A stretch of DNA of 63,604 nt, filler included, from Octopus bimaculoides (Eukaryota), in NCBI RefSeq assembly GCF_001194135.2. It is 6 parts of 6 records of this genome, joined end to end, with 100 filler letters (N's around TTAATTAATTAA, not from the genome) between each part and the next. Parts side by side here need not be neighbours in the genome. Positions count along the whole stretch, not along the records: positions 1 to 26,788 come from NC_069001.1; positions 26,889 to 47,641 come from NC_068982.1; 4 more parts are not named here. One strand, 5' to 3'. Positions 14,830 to 27,229 of this stretch are shown piece after piece. How positions within the stretch are numbered: position 1 is the first letter of the stretch; the number at the start of each line of letters is the position of its first letter. Both the position numbers and the translations under genes were made by a program. The notes under the pieces are model-generated. The model was not told the DNA's origin. It did not search any database and saw nothing but the letters and a program-made list of their open reading frames with translations.

Positions 14830-17700
14830 CATGATAGAGGAAGCAGACGAATAAATTTTAGGTGAGTTAATTAATTATTGTTATTATTAGAAGCTGGGGA
14901 GTTAATTGGAAGTAACTACCCTGCTGCTTTTGAAGGTGAATTGATTATATTTAGATTAAAAATTTATAAATTTATGAACTAAAAATTTAGGAAGTTCAAA
15001 GTTGGTTATAGGTTCATATTCAGGCGCAGTTTATATTTTCAAGTAAATGTAGTTTCTTTATTTAACCATTAGAAGTTTGTTTCTTTCCGTTGATAAATAG
15101 GGACAAATTCTGAAGTTTGGATGGAGATTCCACGCACATCTCCCTATGTGTTTGCTTAGTAGTATTTGCTATAACTTAGGAAACAGATTTGTTCCTTATT
15201 CAGTGTTGTTTTCTGTCTGAGAGACATTCTTGTTTGACCTCTAAAACTGTGTCTACATACTCAACAAGTTATCACATAACTAAAATTTTCAGATGCATAG
15301 GTAATCTCGGTGTTAATTTTGAATCTTTGCCCTTGTTCAAACTGGAATTCCGAACCTTCCAGTAGGACGGGTCATGTTTCACTGTTAAATCGCCCGAATC
15401 TTTTAACTTTTGGCTCCATTCTTGTTGAGTATAATTTTGCACCTGTCAGTGTTCTTTGGTGATTTTTGGTTGTTTTTTTAAATTTTTTTTTTTTTTTTGA
15501 TGAATTTGTATGTGCGTAGAATTTGGTTCATCTTGGGGTCTCTGGTGGGTATAAGTAAATTTAAAATAATAACCCTACAACCCTAGAAGCTTCATTGCTT
15601 CTAGGGTTGTAGGTAGAAATATAGGATAGTATTTTAAAATCGAGTGTGTCATTTCGTTTTATTTTCCTTAGTTTTGGATATAAATTCTCTTTGCTCGTTT
15701 TATCCCACAGTCTTTTAGTGACTTCATGAAGTCGTAGGTCCCGGGTTTTTGCATCAGACACTATTGTGCAAACCCTTTTCACTAAACTGAAGTGAATGTT
15801 TATTTTAATGTGTTGCGGGTGGCATGAGTTAAATAGTGGGCATTGTGGAATTACAATAGATGTCAGTTTTATTAGAATATCAAGAACTGGAAGATTTTCT
15901 TTCTTGTATTCCATTGTAAACTGAATATCAATAGTTTTACCACTGAGCAGTGTATTAAATTCGAATAGTTTATGAATATTTTCATTCCTAAGGACAAAGC
16001 ATCCAAATATATTTTCCAGTTCTCCTTCATATATTGATAAAATGAACAAACATATTTTTGTAGTGATACTTGATGTATAGTTAATTATAAATACCCCATT
16101 ATTAGGTTTGCAGGGACTGGAGCTCCTTGTGTTCCCATCGTAATTCTACATTTTGTTGTTCGTAATTGATACTAAACAAGAAGTAATTGTTCTGGGTAAT
16201 AAATTTTAATGCTTCAATTATAAATTCCTTTATGCGCTCTGGTAGTTCTGGATAGTTTTCCAACCAGAAATTCATTGTTTCTATTTCATAGTTGTTTGGG
16301 ATATCAGTATACAAGTTCGCAACATCGAAGGATACCATGACTGGCTCTTCATTGATTGTTTTGGGGTGGGTGTAGCATATCTAGATCATCTCCAACTATA
16401 TATTTTAGAAGGGGTTTCAGTAGGATGTCAAGAAAATTGTTTAAGCGGTGGGTTTCATATGATGGGCCAGCTATAATGTATCCTAGTTCTAAATCTCATG
16501 GTGCTTGGAAATATTTGTATATGTCTACTGATTGTTTACAGGCTTCGTTGATTATGTGACTCTTGAGGGTTTTTGGTAAACCCTAAAAATGATTAGGTTT
16601 AAATCTAAAATTCCTGATATCGTCGATTTCTTTGTCTGTCAGACATCATGTCCATGAAGTGAGAATGAGAGATTTTTCATTCTTTTCTGTTCTTTAAAGC
16701 CTTCAGCTTTGTCATAACAAAAACCGTTTTCTTGCATGGACATTGCTAGATCTGTGTGGTATTCTGTGTCCATCGGAACTATAGCACTCCCTTTATCGGC
16801 TTCTTTAATTGTCAATTATTTATAATTTTGCAATTCAATTGAGTTTTTTTTTTCCTCCATTCAGTAATGGTGAGTTTTGTGTTAATTCTTTGTTTGTGAA
16901 AGGAATTATTAGGGAAATTCAGAATATGATCACAAAAGTCATCAACTGTTTTATTCCTACCTTTAGGTGGGAGATAATAGCTTTTGTTTTTAACAGGTGA
17001 ACCATTGTCATTGTAGTTCAGTAGTGCTTCTGTAAGTCGCAATTTTGTGTAAAATTCTGTAATACTGTCTTTGATTTGTTTCTGATTAGACTTGAGTGGG
17101 ACTGGGTTAAATTTTTTGTCTTTTTGCCACTATGATGATTTTTGCTATTGAAAATATTTTCTTTGATAAGTTTATTACTTTGGGTTTCTCTTGTATGTTT
17201 TGTTCCAACGTGTGTCCCTATTTCTCTGGAATTGGTCTAAAAAAAAAAAAACGTTTGTTGTAATTACGTTCATGTAAATTGTCAATGTTATTAAATGATA
17301 TTTGAATTTTTAGAACACTAGTTTTGCTGTCTAAATATATTATGTGTATTTACGTGGTCCGAGTTCCTTCCTTGAGCATTTAATGTATTTCCCTGGGTGT
17401 TACTCGTTGCTGGAGAAAAACTGATATTCCTAATGCTGGGGTCATTCATTGTAGTCTTTCTAATTTGTGAATGGCTCCTATGGTTTAAAAGTAATTTACT
17501 TCCAAGTGTGATATTAGTTTCATTTTATTGTGTTCTTGTATGTTTTTACTTTGATCTCAATGATTGTTTAGTCATTTCCGTGTAGGTTTTCATTCTGGAT
17601 TTCTTCAAGAAAGGGTTGCTGGGGCTGTGTTCTCTTTTGAACTGGGTTTCGTAATTAAGGAAAAGCATAACATTTCTTCCCAAAATGTTAAAGGGAATTT
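14830..17700 (-). mobile_element. Penelope-like element (Neptune-like), near full length, heavily decayed
   Basis: Minus-strand frames give KPKVINLSKK (PLE N-terminal motif), VSFDVANLYTDIP (RT motif), ENLPVLDILIK, LFNSCHPQHIK (thumb), and a decayed GIY-YIG region at about 15020-15400. Many stops and frameshifts; ends approximate. Confidence 0.88.
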
Positions 17701-17799
17701 ATTTCTTCAGATACCCAAGTCTCTTTCCATACTTTGAGAAAAAATATATATACATGTATATATCTATCTATATCTATCTGATCATATATATATACCTAC

Positions 17800-17985
17800 C
17801 CTTCACCACTGGTGTTGGTGTGTTTACATACCCCTAACTTAGCTGTTCAGCAAAAAAGACAGATAGAATAAGTACCAGCTTTAAAGAAAAGTACTGAGGT
17901 TGATTCATACGACTAAATATTCTTCAAGGTGGCGCCCCAGCATGACCGCAGTCTAATGACTAAAACAAGTAAAAAGTAAAACGAA
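17800..17985 (+). mobile_element. tRNA-derived SINE family A, 3' half
   Basis: ggtgttggtgtgtttac..gatagaataagtacc..gcatgaccgcagtctaatgact. Confidence 0.85.
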
Positions 17986-18005
17986 AAATGATACATACAC
18001 ACACA

Positions 18006-18055
<50 letters not shown>

Positions 18056-18057
18056 TA

Positions 18058-18215
18058 TTTTCTCTCCCTATTTATTTCTGTGATCCTTTCTGTCGAAGAG
18101 CGTAGGCTCGAAACGTAAAAGACTTTCTCACTTCCCAAGCGTTAAACTAATACATCCGTTTATTGTTTACACACCCATCTTCGTCTTTTGATTTTTTGTA
18201 AATTCTCACATCATA
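18058..18215 (+). mobile_element. Short PLE-type terminal repeat carrying a hammerhead-like motif (family also at 34780-34950 and 61865-62030)
   Basis: cctttctgtcgaagagcgtaggctcgaaacgtaaaagactttc..gttaaactaatacat..cttcgtcttttg, flanked by microsatellites. Confidence 0.75.
18086..18121 (+). ncRNA. Minimal type I hammerhead-like motif, A6U core variant
   Basis: CTTT | CTGTCGA | A | GAGC-gtag-GCTC | GAAAC-GTA | AAAG: stems I and II pair perfectly and stem III is the ACGT palindrome. Confidence 0.6.
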
Positions 18216-18725
18216 TATNNNNNNNNNNNNNNNNNNNNNNNNNNNNNNNNNNNNNNNNNNNNNNNNNNNNNNNNNNNNNNNNNNNNNNNNNNNNNNNNNN
18301 NNNNNNNNNNNNNNNNNNNNNNNNNNNNNNNNNNNNNNNNNNNNNNNNNNNNNNNNNNNNNNNNNNNNNNNNNNNNNNNNNNNNNNNNNNNNNNNNNNNN
18401 NNNNNNNNNNNNNNNNNNNNNNNNNNNNNNNNNNNNNNNNNNNNNNNNNNNNNNNNNNNNNNNNNNNNNNNNNNNNNNNNNNNNNNNNNNNNNNNNNNNN
18501 NNNNNNNNNNNNNNNNNNNNNNNNNNNNNNNNNNNNNNNNNNNNNNNNNNNNNNNNNNNNNNNNNNNNNNNNNNNNNNNNNNNNNNNNNNNNNNNNNNNN
18601 NNNNNNNNNNNNNNNNNNNNNNNNNNNNNNNNNNNNNNNNNNNNNNNNNNNNNNNNNNNNNNNNNNNNNNNNNNNNNNNNNNNNNNNNNNNNNNNNNNNN
18701 NNNNNNNNNNNNNNNNNNNNNNNNN

Positions 18726-18780
<55 letters not shown>

Positions 18781-20083
18781 GTAGATCACACGATTACGTA
18801 CAGACATATGCACATACAAACATACAGATATACATACATATTCATATATATACATACATACATACATATATACATACATATATGCATAAAGAGAGAGAAA
18901 CAGATAGACAGACAGAAACGTAGAAAAAGAGAGACAAACAGATAGTGTGAGTGAGAGCGAAAGCAAGAGAAAGAGAAAGGCAGAGTAGAAATAAAAATGG
19001 TATCTTTAACTCCATTGTTGAGACTAAGTGTTTTGATTGTATTGTTAGTGTCCTTGACTATGCTATTTGTATTGTTACTTTAAATGTTTTTGTTATGGTC
19101 ATTGTGTGTGATTAGATCGATGTGTAATATCAATGTTTGATTTCGTTATTGTTTCATTTTGTGTCTAGATTACTTGTTTCTATGAAAATGATGATGATGA
19201 CAATGACGACGGCGATGACGATGATAATGATGCTCATCTTTGTCATTGAGATTTTGTTGTTCAAGTTGTTCCACGAAGAGTTGGTCAAACATTCTATTAC
19301 ATTCTTTTTATTTATTTATTATTATTATTATTGTTATTATTATTTCATTCTGAATCGCCAGAAGTGGCTTGATATATCAGCATTAATTTGTTTAAATTAT
19401 TGTGTCAATTGTCTTTCAGTTAATTTCATCATAATAATACCTCACAAACTTTGACTGTTAGCCAAACTTATATACATTTATATATGTAAATACACATACA
19501 TACATACATAAAAAGAGACGTATGAATGTATGTACAAATATATGAGTGTATTCAGATGCTTTTATATATATACCATCACATATGTATACGTTATTCTGAA
19601 TAAGCAATGATAGGGTGTATATGATATAAAGTAGCACACCTTGTACGAGGTGTGCTATGATAAATTTCATCTAATACTCTGTAAAATGGTTGATGCATTA
19701 ACTTATGGAATATATTGCAAAAATATAACGAATAGTAGGATAACAATTCCCGAAGTCACATTGCTGTCTCCTCATCAACGGGGGCACGAACTGAGAGTAA
19801 ATACTGATGTAGGGTCTAGCATAGTTGTCATGTTGTAATTCTTAACCTTTTGGGATATTCTCTGTCGCGTGGTGTGACGTGATATGTTGCACCGCTCGCC
19901 TCGTTTGTTGCAGTTCATGCACGATAGTGCGGATTGCGATGGCTCATTCCACATATGCCACCTTGAATTGTAGGCGTAGATATGATGCAATATATATATA
20001 TATATGTGTGTGTTAGAGTATTTGTGTGTGTGTGTGTGTGTGTGTGTATGGAGGTGTCTGCGTAGAGGATTGCTCGTGTAACT

Positions 20084-20328
20084 ATCTTTTACCTTTTACC
20101 TGTTTCATTCATTAAATTGTGGCCATGCTGGGGCACCACCTTGAAGAATTTTTCGTCAAATGAATCGACTCCAGTACTTTTTATTGAGCACCATACTTAT
20201 TCTGTCAGTGTCTTTTGCTGAACTGCTATTATAAGGGGACATAAACATACAAATATCCATTGCCAAGTGGTGGTGGAGTACAAACACAGACACAAAGACA
20301 CACACACAGACACTCACACGCACGCACG

Positions 20329-20362
<34 letters not shown>

Positions 20363-20364
20363 AC

Positions 20365-20419
<55 letters not shown>

Positions 20420-20590
20420 TATATAACAGGCTTTTTAAAGTTTCCATCTCCCACGTCTTCTTACAAAGCTTTGGTTGACCAGAGGCTATAGCAGAAAACA
20501 CTTACCCAAGGTGCCACACTGTGGGCAGATTCCGGAACCATGTAGTTGGGAAGCAAGGTACTTACCACACAACCACACCTATACCCATAT
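20084..20590 (-). mobile_element. tRNA-derived SINE family A with an expanded internal microsatellite
   Basis: Reverse complement of the family A head (20460-20590) and tail (20084-20270). Confidence 0.85.
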
Positions 20591-20747
20591 TCAAGAATAC
20601 CAGGATATTATAAAGTTATTCACTTCATGATATATATGTCGTTCAGTTCTTGAGTGTTTTATATATTCTTTATAAAGCATTGCAATAATGTATTCTGTTT
20701 CCTTGATTGGAATATACAACATATCTGTACACAATATATTGATTTCA

Positions 20748-20995
20748 TAAGGCGGCGAGCTGTCAGAAATGTTAGCACACCGAGCGAAATGCTTAGCGGA
20801 ATTTTGTCTGCCGTTACATTCTGAGTTCAAATTTCGCCGAGGTCGACTTTGCCTTTCATCCTTTCGGGGTCGATAAATTAAGTACCAGTTACTCACTGGG
20901 GTCGATGTAATCGACTTAATACCTTTGTCTGTCCTTGTTTGTCCCCTCTATGTTTAGCCCCTTGTGGGCAATAAAGAAATAAGAAACGTTAGCAA
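20748..20995 (+). mobile_element. tRNA-derived SINE family B, full length
   Basis: Head taaggcggcgagctgtcagaaatgttagc through tail gccccttgtgggcaataaagaaataag. Confidence 0.9.
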
Positions 20996-21019
20996 TAAAG
21001 AAATAAGAAATAGGATTAG

Positions 21020-21315
21020 CCTCTGGCCGATCAAAGCTTTGTGAGAAGATTTGGTAGATGGAAACTGAAAGAAGCCCGTCGTATATATGTATACATATGT
21101 ATATGTTTGTGTGTCTGTGTTTGTCCCCCTCCCATCGCTTGACAACCAATGTTGTTGTGTTTACGTACCCATAACTTAGTGGTTCGGTAAAAAGAGACCG
21201 ATAGAATAAATACTAGGCTTACAAAGAATAAGTTTCGGGGTCGATTTGTTCGACTAAAGGCGGTGCTCCAGCATGGCCACAGTCAAATGACTGAAACAAG
21301 CAAAAGAATAAAAGG
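21020..21315 (+). mobile_element. tRNA-derived SINE family A, 5'-truncated
   Basis: ggccgatcaaagctttgtgag.. through gactgaaacaagcaaaagaataaaag. Confidence 0.88.
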
Positions 21316-21429
21316 ATGTGATACCTGATACATAACTGTATATAACATAAGCTGTTTATAGTATGATACCATGTTATATAACATTTTTAAAGACATTATG
21401 CAATAGCATATAACTTGTAGTATATGATG

Positions 21430-21735
21430 GAATGAGATGCACTCAACCGTCGAAGATGATGTAAGAGTATTCAGCTATTTGCTGAACAAACCTGCACAGG
21501 TGATTTGTTTATAGTGATCAAATGTATGCGCGTACATTAGCTCAGCCCTCCATCAAATCGACGTTGCATGAACAGGTGGACAATGTATCACACGTCAGGT
21601 GTCGAAATGATCGCAGAGCAACACGTGACATGAAGTGTTTTGCTCAAGAGCACAACGCACCACATGGTCTGGGAATTGAAACCACCATCTCGTGATCGTG
21701 AGTGAAACACCCTAACCACTAAGTCGTGCGACCTT
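21430..21735 (-). mobile_element. tRNA-derived SINE with a family D-like head
   Basis: Minus strand reads gtggttagggtgtttcactcacgatcacgag..gtttcaattccc..gttgtgctcttgagcaaaacac. Confidence 0.65.
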
Positions 21736-22294
21736 ATATCATTTTATAAAATGATATAAAAATCATAAAATAAATAGTGATATCTCATATATATTATACA
21801 TATTTATAGACTGTTATGGAACCTACACAACCTTGTATCCTCTACTTCCGCCACTTCTAAACATGCATTTTTTTTTTCAAAATCCATTTCCTAAATCCCA
21901 GGTGGTATCCGTTATGCTGCGAGTGATAAACCATGCCAAAATAGATCTCCTTTACTCTATGTGTCTTACTAGCACCTCAGATGGTAATGCGTAACAAGAT
22001 CATAACTTTTCACCACGTTCCTTTAACACGAGAGCAGAGTTGTTATTATGATCTCCCATTTGGGAAATTCAGCTAACGAACAGTGCAGAAGGATCACTTT
22101 TATGGCATTTGCGTTCATCAATGTGTTATAAACACAAGTTTGTAGGTCTATTAATCTATCTTTATATGCACCTAAACATTTCTCGCAATCATATATGCTT
22201 TGTCTCTTACTAACTCACTCCAGCTTTCCTTCTATCTATCTATCTACCTACCTACCTACCTACCTACCTATCTATCTATCTATCTATTTATATA

Positions 22295-22355
<61 letters not shown>

Positions 22356-23046
22356 TTGTGTATTTAGACAGACAGATAGATAGATAGATAAACATAGACA
22401 TATACACATATATATATATACATGTATGTAATTTTGTGTTTGTTAAACTAATATTGATACATGATACAAAGTGCTCAACGCGTGAATGTTGGGTGTTTAA
22501 TATCAACAGATATTTAAAATACAGATATTTTGAACCTAATGTTTGGATATTTATCGAAAACCATCTTCAAAGGGAAACACTCGAATGATAGATGAAAAGT
22601 TCATAAAAATGCATAGAAATAGTCTAGTGTACAAGTTACCCGGGTTCTTTTCACAAAAAAACATAATCAAATATTCGTAACCATAGTTACAATATATATC
22701 TTTCAAATATTTTTATATATAATGTTTTGTATATACCAACACGTTCAATGTTTGTCAGGATGCTGGCTTTGGCTGGGTCAGATTACTTCGATAGACCTTA
22801 GTACAAGTCAATTAATTTATAAAACATTTTTAAAACGTTCACTGTTATGAATCTTTTGAAATTTCATGAAAACTATCTCGACTTGCCAGAGGACATACCA
22901 AACTAAATGTACCCAGGCAACTTCAATATTTCGATTATTTGCAAACATTTTGAAACTTCTTTCTTCTGTTATGGCAAACATGACACCATTAAGATCCAAT
23001 GAATTGTTATTTAGATACAGTTAATGTGTGTGCATGTGAGAGATTC

Positions 23047-23094
<48 letters not shown>

Positions 23095-23270
23095 TCCGCA
23101 CTGAGACACGTACACGCATATAAAACATACACTACCTTAAATCGATGTTTTAGTAGAACACTTTAAGATAGTATTTCAAATAGTCATAGATTCAGAAAAA
23201 ATATAGAAAATAAATTTAGTTTGTAAGTTGTAAATATTCTGGTCGGAAACATACGAATTTCATATAAATA

Positions 23271-24000
23271 CCAGGTTAAGTCAAAAGTGTTTTCATATTT
23301 CAAACAAATCACACACTAAAATCGCTTATTCTTCAAAATATACACGTCCAAATATATTGTCTGTTGCTATCGTTGTGCCAGCAGTTCAAAACCATGCTCT
23401 TGGTATTTTGCTGGTTTAGAGACAAAACCTTCCTGCACCTGTTTCAAATTTGTCCACATCGTTGAACCTCTGTCAGGGATCGGAAAAAGTAGTAATCTGA
23501 TGGTGCAAGGTCTGGGCTGTAGGCAAGGTGAGACAGCACTTGTAATATCCCACAATTCCTCAAGTATGTGCTTGATCAGATTGGCACTTTGTGCAAATGC
23601 GCCCTCCATTGGTCAGTTAAAGTCTAGACAGTGTCACGTGACAACTTGCTGGGGCTGCTTGCTAGAGCCTAGCGACAGGTATTTAAAGGGAAATTTGACT
23701 ACACAGTCAGTCGGCTGCTGACACTCCTTGATGCTGCATTGAAGAGGCCAGGGAACAGAAGAAAGAAGACATGCACTCAACACCAGAGCTGAAGACACCT
23801 CCGAAAGTGGGCGGGTGCCACGTCAAAACGGTAGAGGAGTAGGGGCCGAAACCGGACGTGGTTCCTTGTGATGATGTCTTGAGCAAACAGCTAAAGGAGC
23901 TGTTGTGGTAGCAGACCACAAAACATGGTTGAAATTCCTCCTGTAGGAATGCACGTCTTCTATTATCCAATGAGAGTAGAGGGCTTTCAAAGCAGCATCA
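23271..24000 (-). mobile_element. mariner DNA transposon relic (3' part of transposase plus one TIR)
   Basis: Minus-strand frames give PDLAPSDYYFFRSL (YSPDLAPSD motif), FVSKPAKY..GFELLAQR*Q and G.VYFEE*. A TA followed by a mariner-like TIR, CCAGGTTAAGTCAAAAGTG, starts at 23271. The upstream boundary is uncertain. Confidence 0.75.
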
Positions 24001-24275
24001 CTCACTTCAGTTGTTCATAAAGGTTAGCATTCACAGCATGACCATCCGGGACGGCTGAAATTGCAACACCCACCCCCTCAAAATTTCACCAAGCATACAA
24101 TATGACCTAAAAAGACAATTCACCTACGATTGGACAAGTTGTATGCTGAAATTAATAATAAACATGGAGATACAAGTTGTCAAAAACACATCAGTGAAAA
24201 TCTGCAAAAGCTTTCCATTCAACCTGGTGTGTGTGTGTATGTATGTATGTAAACATACACACACACATATATGCA

Positions 24276-24349
<74 letters not shown>

Positions 24350-24427
24350 CAGACATGCACCACACATTCATACATATAATGAAGCTTTCTATAATTTATA
24401 AATAAAGACAAAGTTGTAATATTCAAG

Positions 24428-24625
24428 TGTGGTAGGTAGTGAGCTGTTAGGATCGTTAGCACATCAGACAAAATGCTTTACGTTCTGATTTTAAGTTCAG
24501 CCGGGATAGACTTTGTCTTCTATCTTTCTGGGGTCGATAAAGTAAGTACCAATTGATCACTAGGATCAGTGTAATCGACTTACTCAATTTTTGGCCTTGT
24601 GCCAAAACTTTTAAAACCAATATTG
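24428..24625 (+). mobile_element. tRNA-derived SINE family B, diverged
   Basis: gagctgttaggatcgttagcac..ggggtcgataaagtaagtacc..gtaatcgactt. Confidence 0.75.
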
Positions 24626-25074
24626 AAGTGTGGTGTGAGCAATAGATACATAATTTTTGATGAAGACAAACATTGCAAAAATTATCAATTTATTCAACGA
24701 CAAAAGCAAATTTAGGAAAGTTTTAGAAAAATAAACAGTACCAAATTGAAAGGTGAATGAAGCAAATTAATTACTGTGATAAATGTGCAAATAAAGGCAT
24801 TCGTTTTCCAGTAAATATCTGCGAAGGAGTAAAAATACACCAACAGGGACTCCTCTAAATCATTGCATCTCATATACGACGTTTGATGAAAATGTATTGG
24901 GGCTGGAGCTATAAAAAGATACGGGAATGATATATTTGTCTCTACTAAAAAAATTACCAAAAAGAAAAAAAGAAAACAAAAAAAAACAAACAAACAAAGA
25001 AACCACTCTGATCAACGTAAATATTCCGATTCCAGACAAATAGATAAACGCATAATGACAGATACATAACGTCT

Positions 25075-25307
25075 TATTTCATTATTGCCCACAAGGGGCT
25101 AAACATAGAGGGGGCAAACAAGGACAGACAAAGGGATTAAGTCGATTACATCGACCCCAGTGCATAACTGGTACTTAATTTATCAACCCCGAAAGGATAA
25201 AAGGCAAAGTCGACTTTGGCAGAATTAGAACTCAGAATATAACAGCAGACGAAATACTGCTCAGCATTTCGCCCGGCGTGCTACCGATTCTGCCAGTTCA
25301 CCGCCTT
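25075..25307 (-). mobile_element. tRNA-derived SINE family B with a 16-bp target-site duplication
   Basis: Full copy flanked by an identical CAGATACATAACGTCT at 25059-25074 and 25308-25323. Confidence 0.95.
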
Positions 25308-25427
25308 CAGATACATAACGTCTGTTTAATACCAACTGCATAAATAGAACCATAGACAGAGACAACGAATGTTCACACAAATAAAAAGTATTAGTATTGA
25401 AATCGTTTCATAGAAGATCCTTTAGAT

Positions 25428-25748
25428 CAGTATTTCTCAATGATTTTTTACTAATGGACCCTTTTCATTACTCATTTGCTCTGGTGGACCCCCATAAACA
25501 TTCGATGTTTAAAAACTACTTTTATACATACTTCTTTCGAAATTCCTGTTTTGTTCATCACACATATACTTGTGCATGTTGAACATATGTAAAACGCTTG
25601 AGAAAGAAACCTACGTGCCTCTTGCAATAAATACATCTGAAGCAAAGGTGTTTTCATGGAGCCTTGAAATAATATCGTGGACCCACTTTACTATTTTGCT
25701 TGTGTGGACCCCCAAAACTCTTATATGGGCCCCGGTTAAGAACCACTG
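25428..25748. mobile_element. hAT (Charlie-like) MITE
   Basis: Termini CAGTATTTCTCAA and TTAAGAACCACTG; 8-bp flanks CTTTAGAT and CTTTACAT (7/8 identical). Confidence 0.85.
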
Positions 25749-26490
25749 CTTTACATTCTCTTACGTAAACTAAGACCTCCACGAATATGATCCACAGAAT
25801 AAAACAAATACAAAACGTTTTATTTGTTTAACAAAATAATATATTGAAGCAAATACATTAAAATGCTACACCTATTAAAAATACACAAACCACTGTAATG
25901 TGCATTATATGTACTAAAAGCACTCTAGCTATATATTAACTAGAGGGCATTGAGATCAAAATACTCATAAAATAGAACGCAATCCGCTTTATAACTTATA
26001 TACATAAACACCAAAATGTCAATCCTTATTATTTATAACAACCTACAGATACGTAGACCCACGAACAAGCTGTTGATGATGACAATGATGTATCAATTCA
26101 ATTACAAATGTGAAAACTAATAACTTGATATCCAACTCAGAGGCGTGGCCAGGTTCTAAAGTTAGTGGAGTCGAGTACATAAAAAGGGGGTGCCGTGACA
26201 CATAACAAATTTTTAACTCATTTCTCTTATATTACACGAAATATTTCATTAGTTATGATATACGTAATTGTATTCTACATTCATTAATTTCACGTTTAAG
26301 TAACAATGTCATTGTGTATGAAACTTAGAAATACTGATATAGGTGTGACGTGAAAAGCATGAAGCCCCACAAGATTGTCCAATGTTGAGAGGATATGAAT
26401 ACAAAACGCCAAACCTTTATTTCAGTCATTCAACATCCAGTTAATACGTAATTGTATTTCTTCATTATCTGTGTTAATATAAGCATGCAT

Positions 26491-26710
26491 TAAGGCGGTG
26501 CGCAGGTAGAACCGTTAGCAAGCCAGACAGACTGCGTAGTGGAATGTCGTCCGTCTTAACGTTCCAAGGCTCATTTTCCGCCAAGGTCAACTTTGCCCTT
26601 CATCCCTTCAGGTTCGATAAATAAGTACTAGTTGCGTACTGCAGGCGATGTAATCGACTTCCCCACCCCAACTAAAAATCTTAGCAGATCCTGTGCCAAA
26701 ATTTTAACAA
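26491..26710 (+). mobile_element. tRNA-derived SINE family B
   Basis: taaggcggtgcgcaggtagaaccgttagc..ccgccaaggtcaactttgcc..gtaatcgactt. Confidence 0.85.
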
Positions 26711-26755
26711 CTATAAACATTCTGATATTTATATATATAAATATATGTATGTATG

Positions 26756-26788
<33 letters not shown>

Positions 26789-26832
26789 NNNNNNNNNNNN
26801 NNNNNNNNNNNNNNNNNNNNNNNNNNNNNNNN

Positions 26833-26844
26833 TTAATTAATTAA
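26833..26844. other. Assembly spacer TTAATTAATTAA inside an N gap (also 47686-47697, 53189-53200, 58741-58752, 62117-62128)
   Basis: Identical 12-mer with stops in all six frames, centred in ~100-base N runs. Confidence 0.92.
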
Positions 26845-26888
26845 NNNNNNNNNNNNNNNNNNNNNNNNNNNNNNNNNNNNNNNNNNNN

Positions 26889-26943
<55 letters not shown>

Positions 26944-27229
26944 TATACATATACATACATATACATACATATACATATGCATACATACACAGACATATAT
27001 ACATATACCTACACACATACACACACACACATATATATATATATATACATACATACATATNNNNNNNNNNNNNNNNNNNNNNNNNNNNNNNNNNNNNNNN
27101 NNNNNNNNNNNNNNNNNNNNNNNNNNNNNNNNNNNNNNNNNNNNNNNNNNNNNNNNNNNNATAATCTCTTTCGTTTGGGCATTATCTCAAGGTGTTTGGT
27201 CTGTCTTCTTTTTCTCATGCTGGTTCTAC

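Noticed and set aside
19800-19990. Relatively GC-rich island that might be an exon
   Set aside because: No recognisable protein in any frame and no convincing splice sites.
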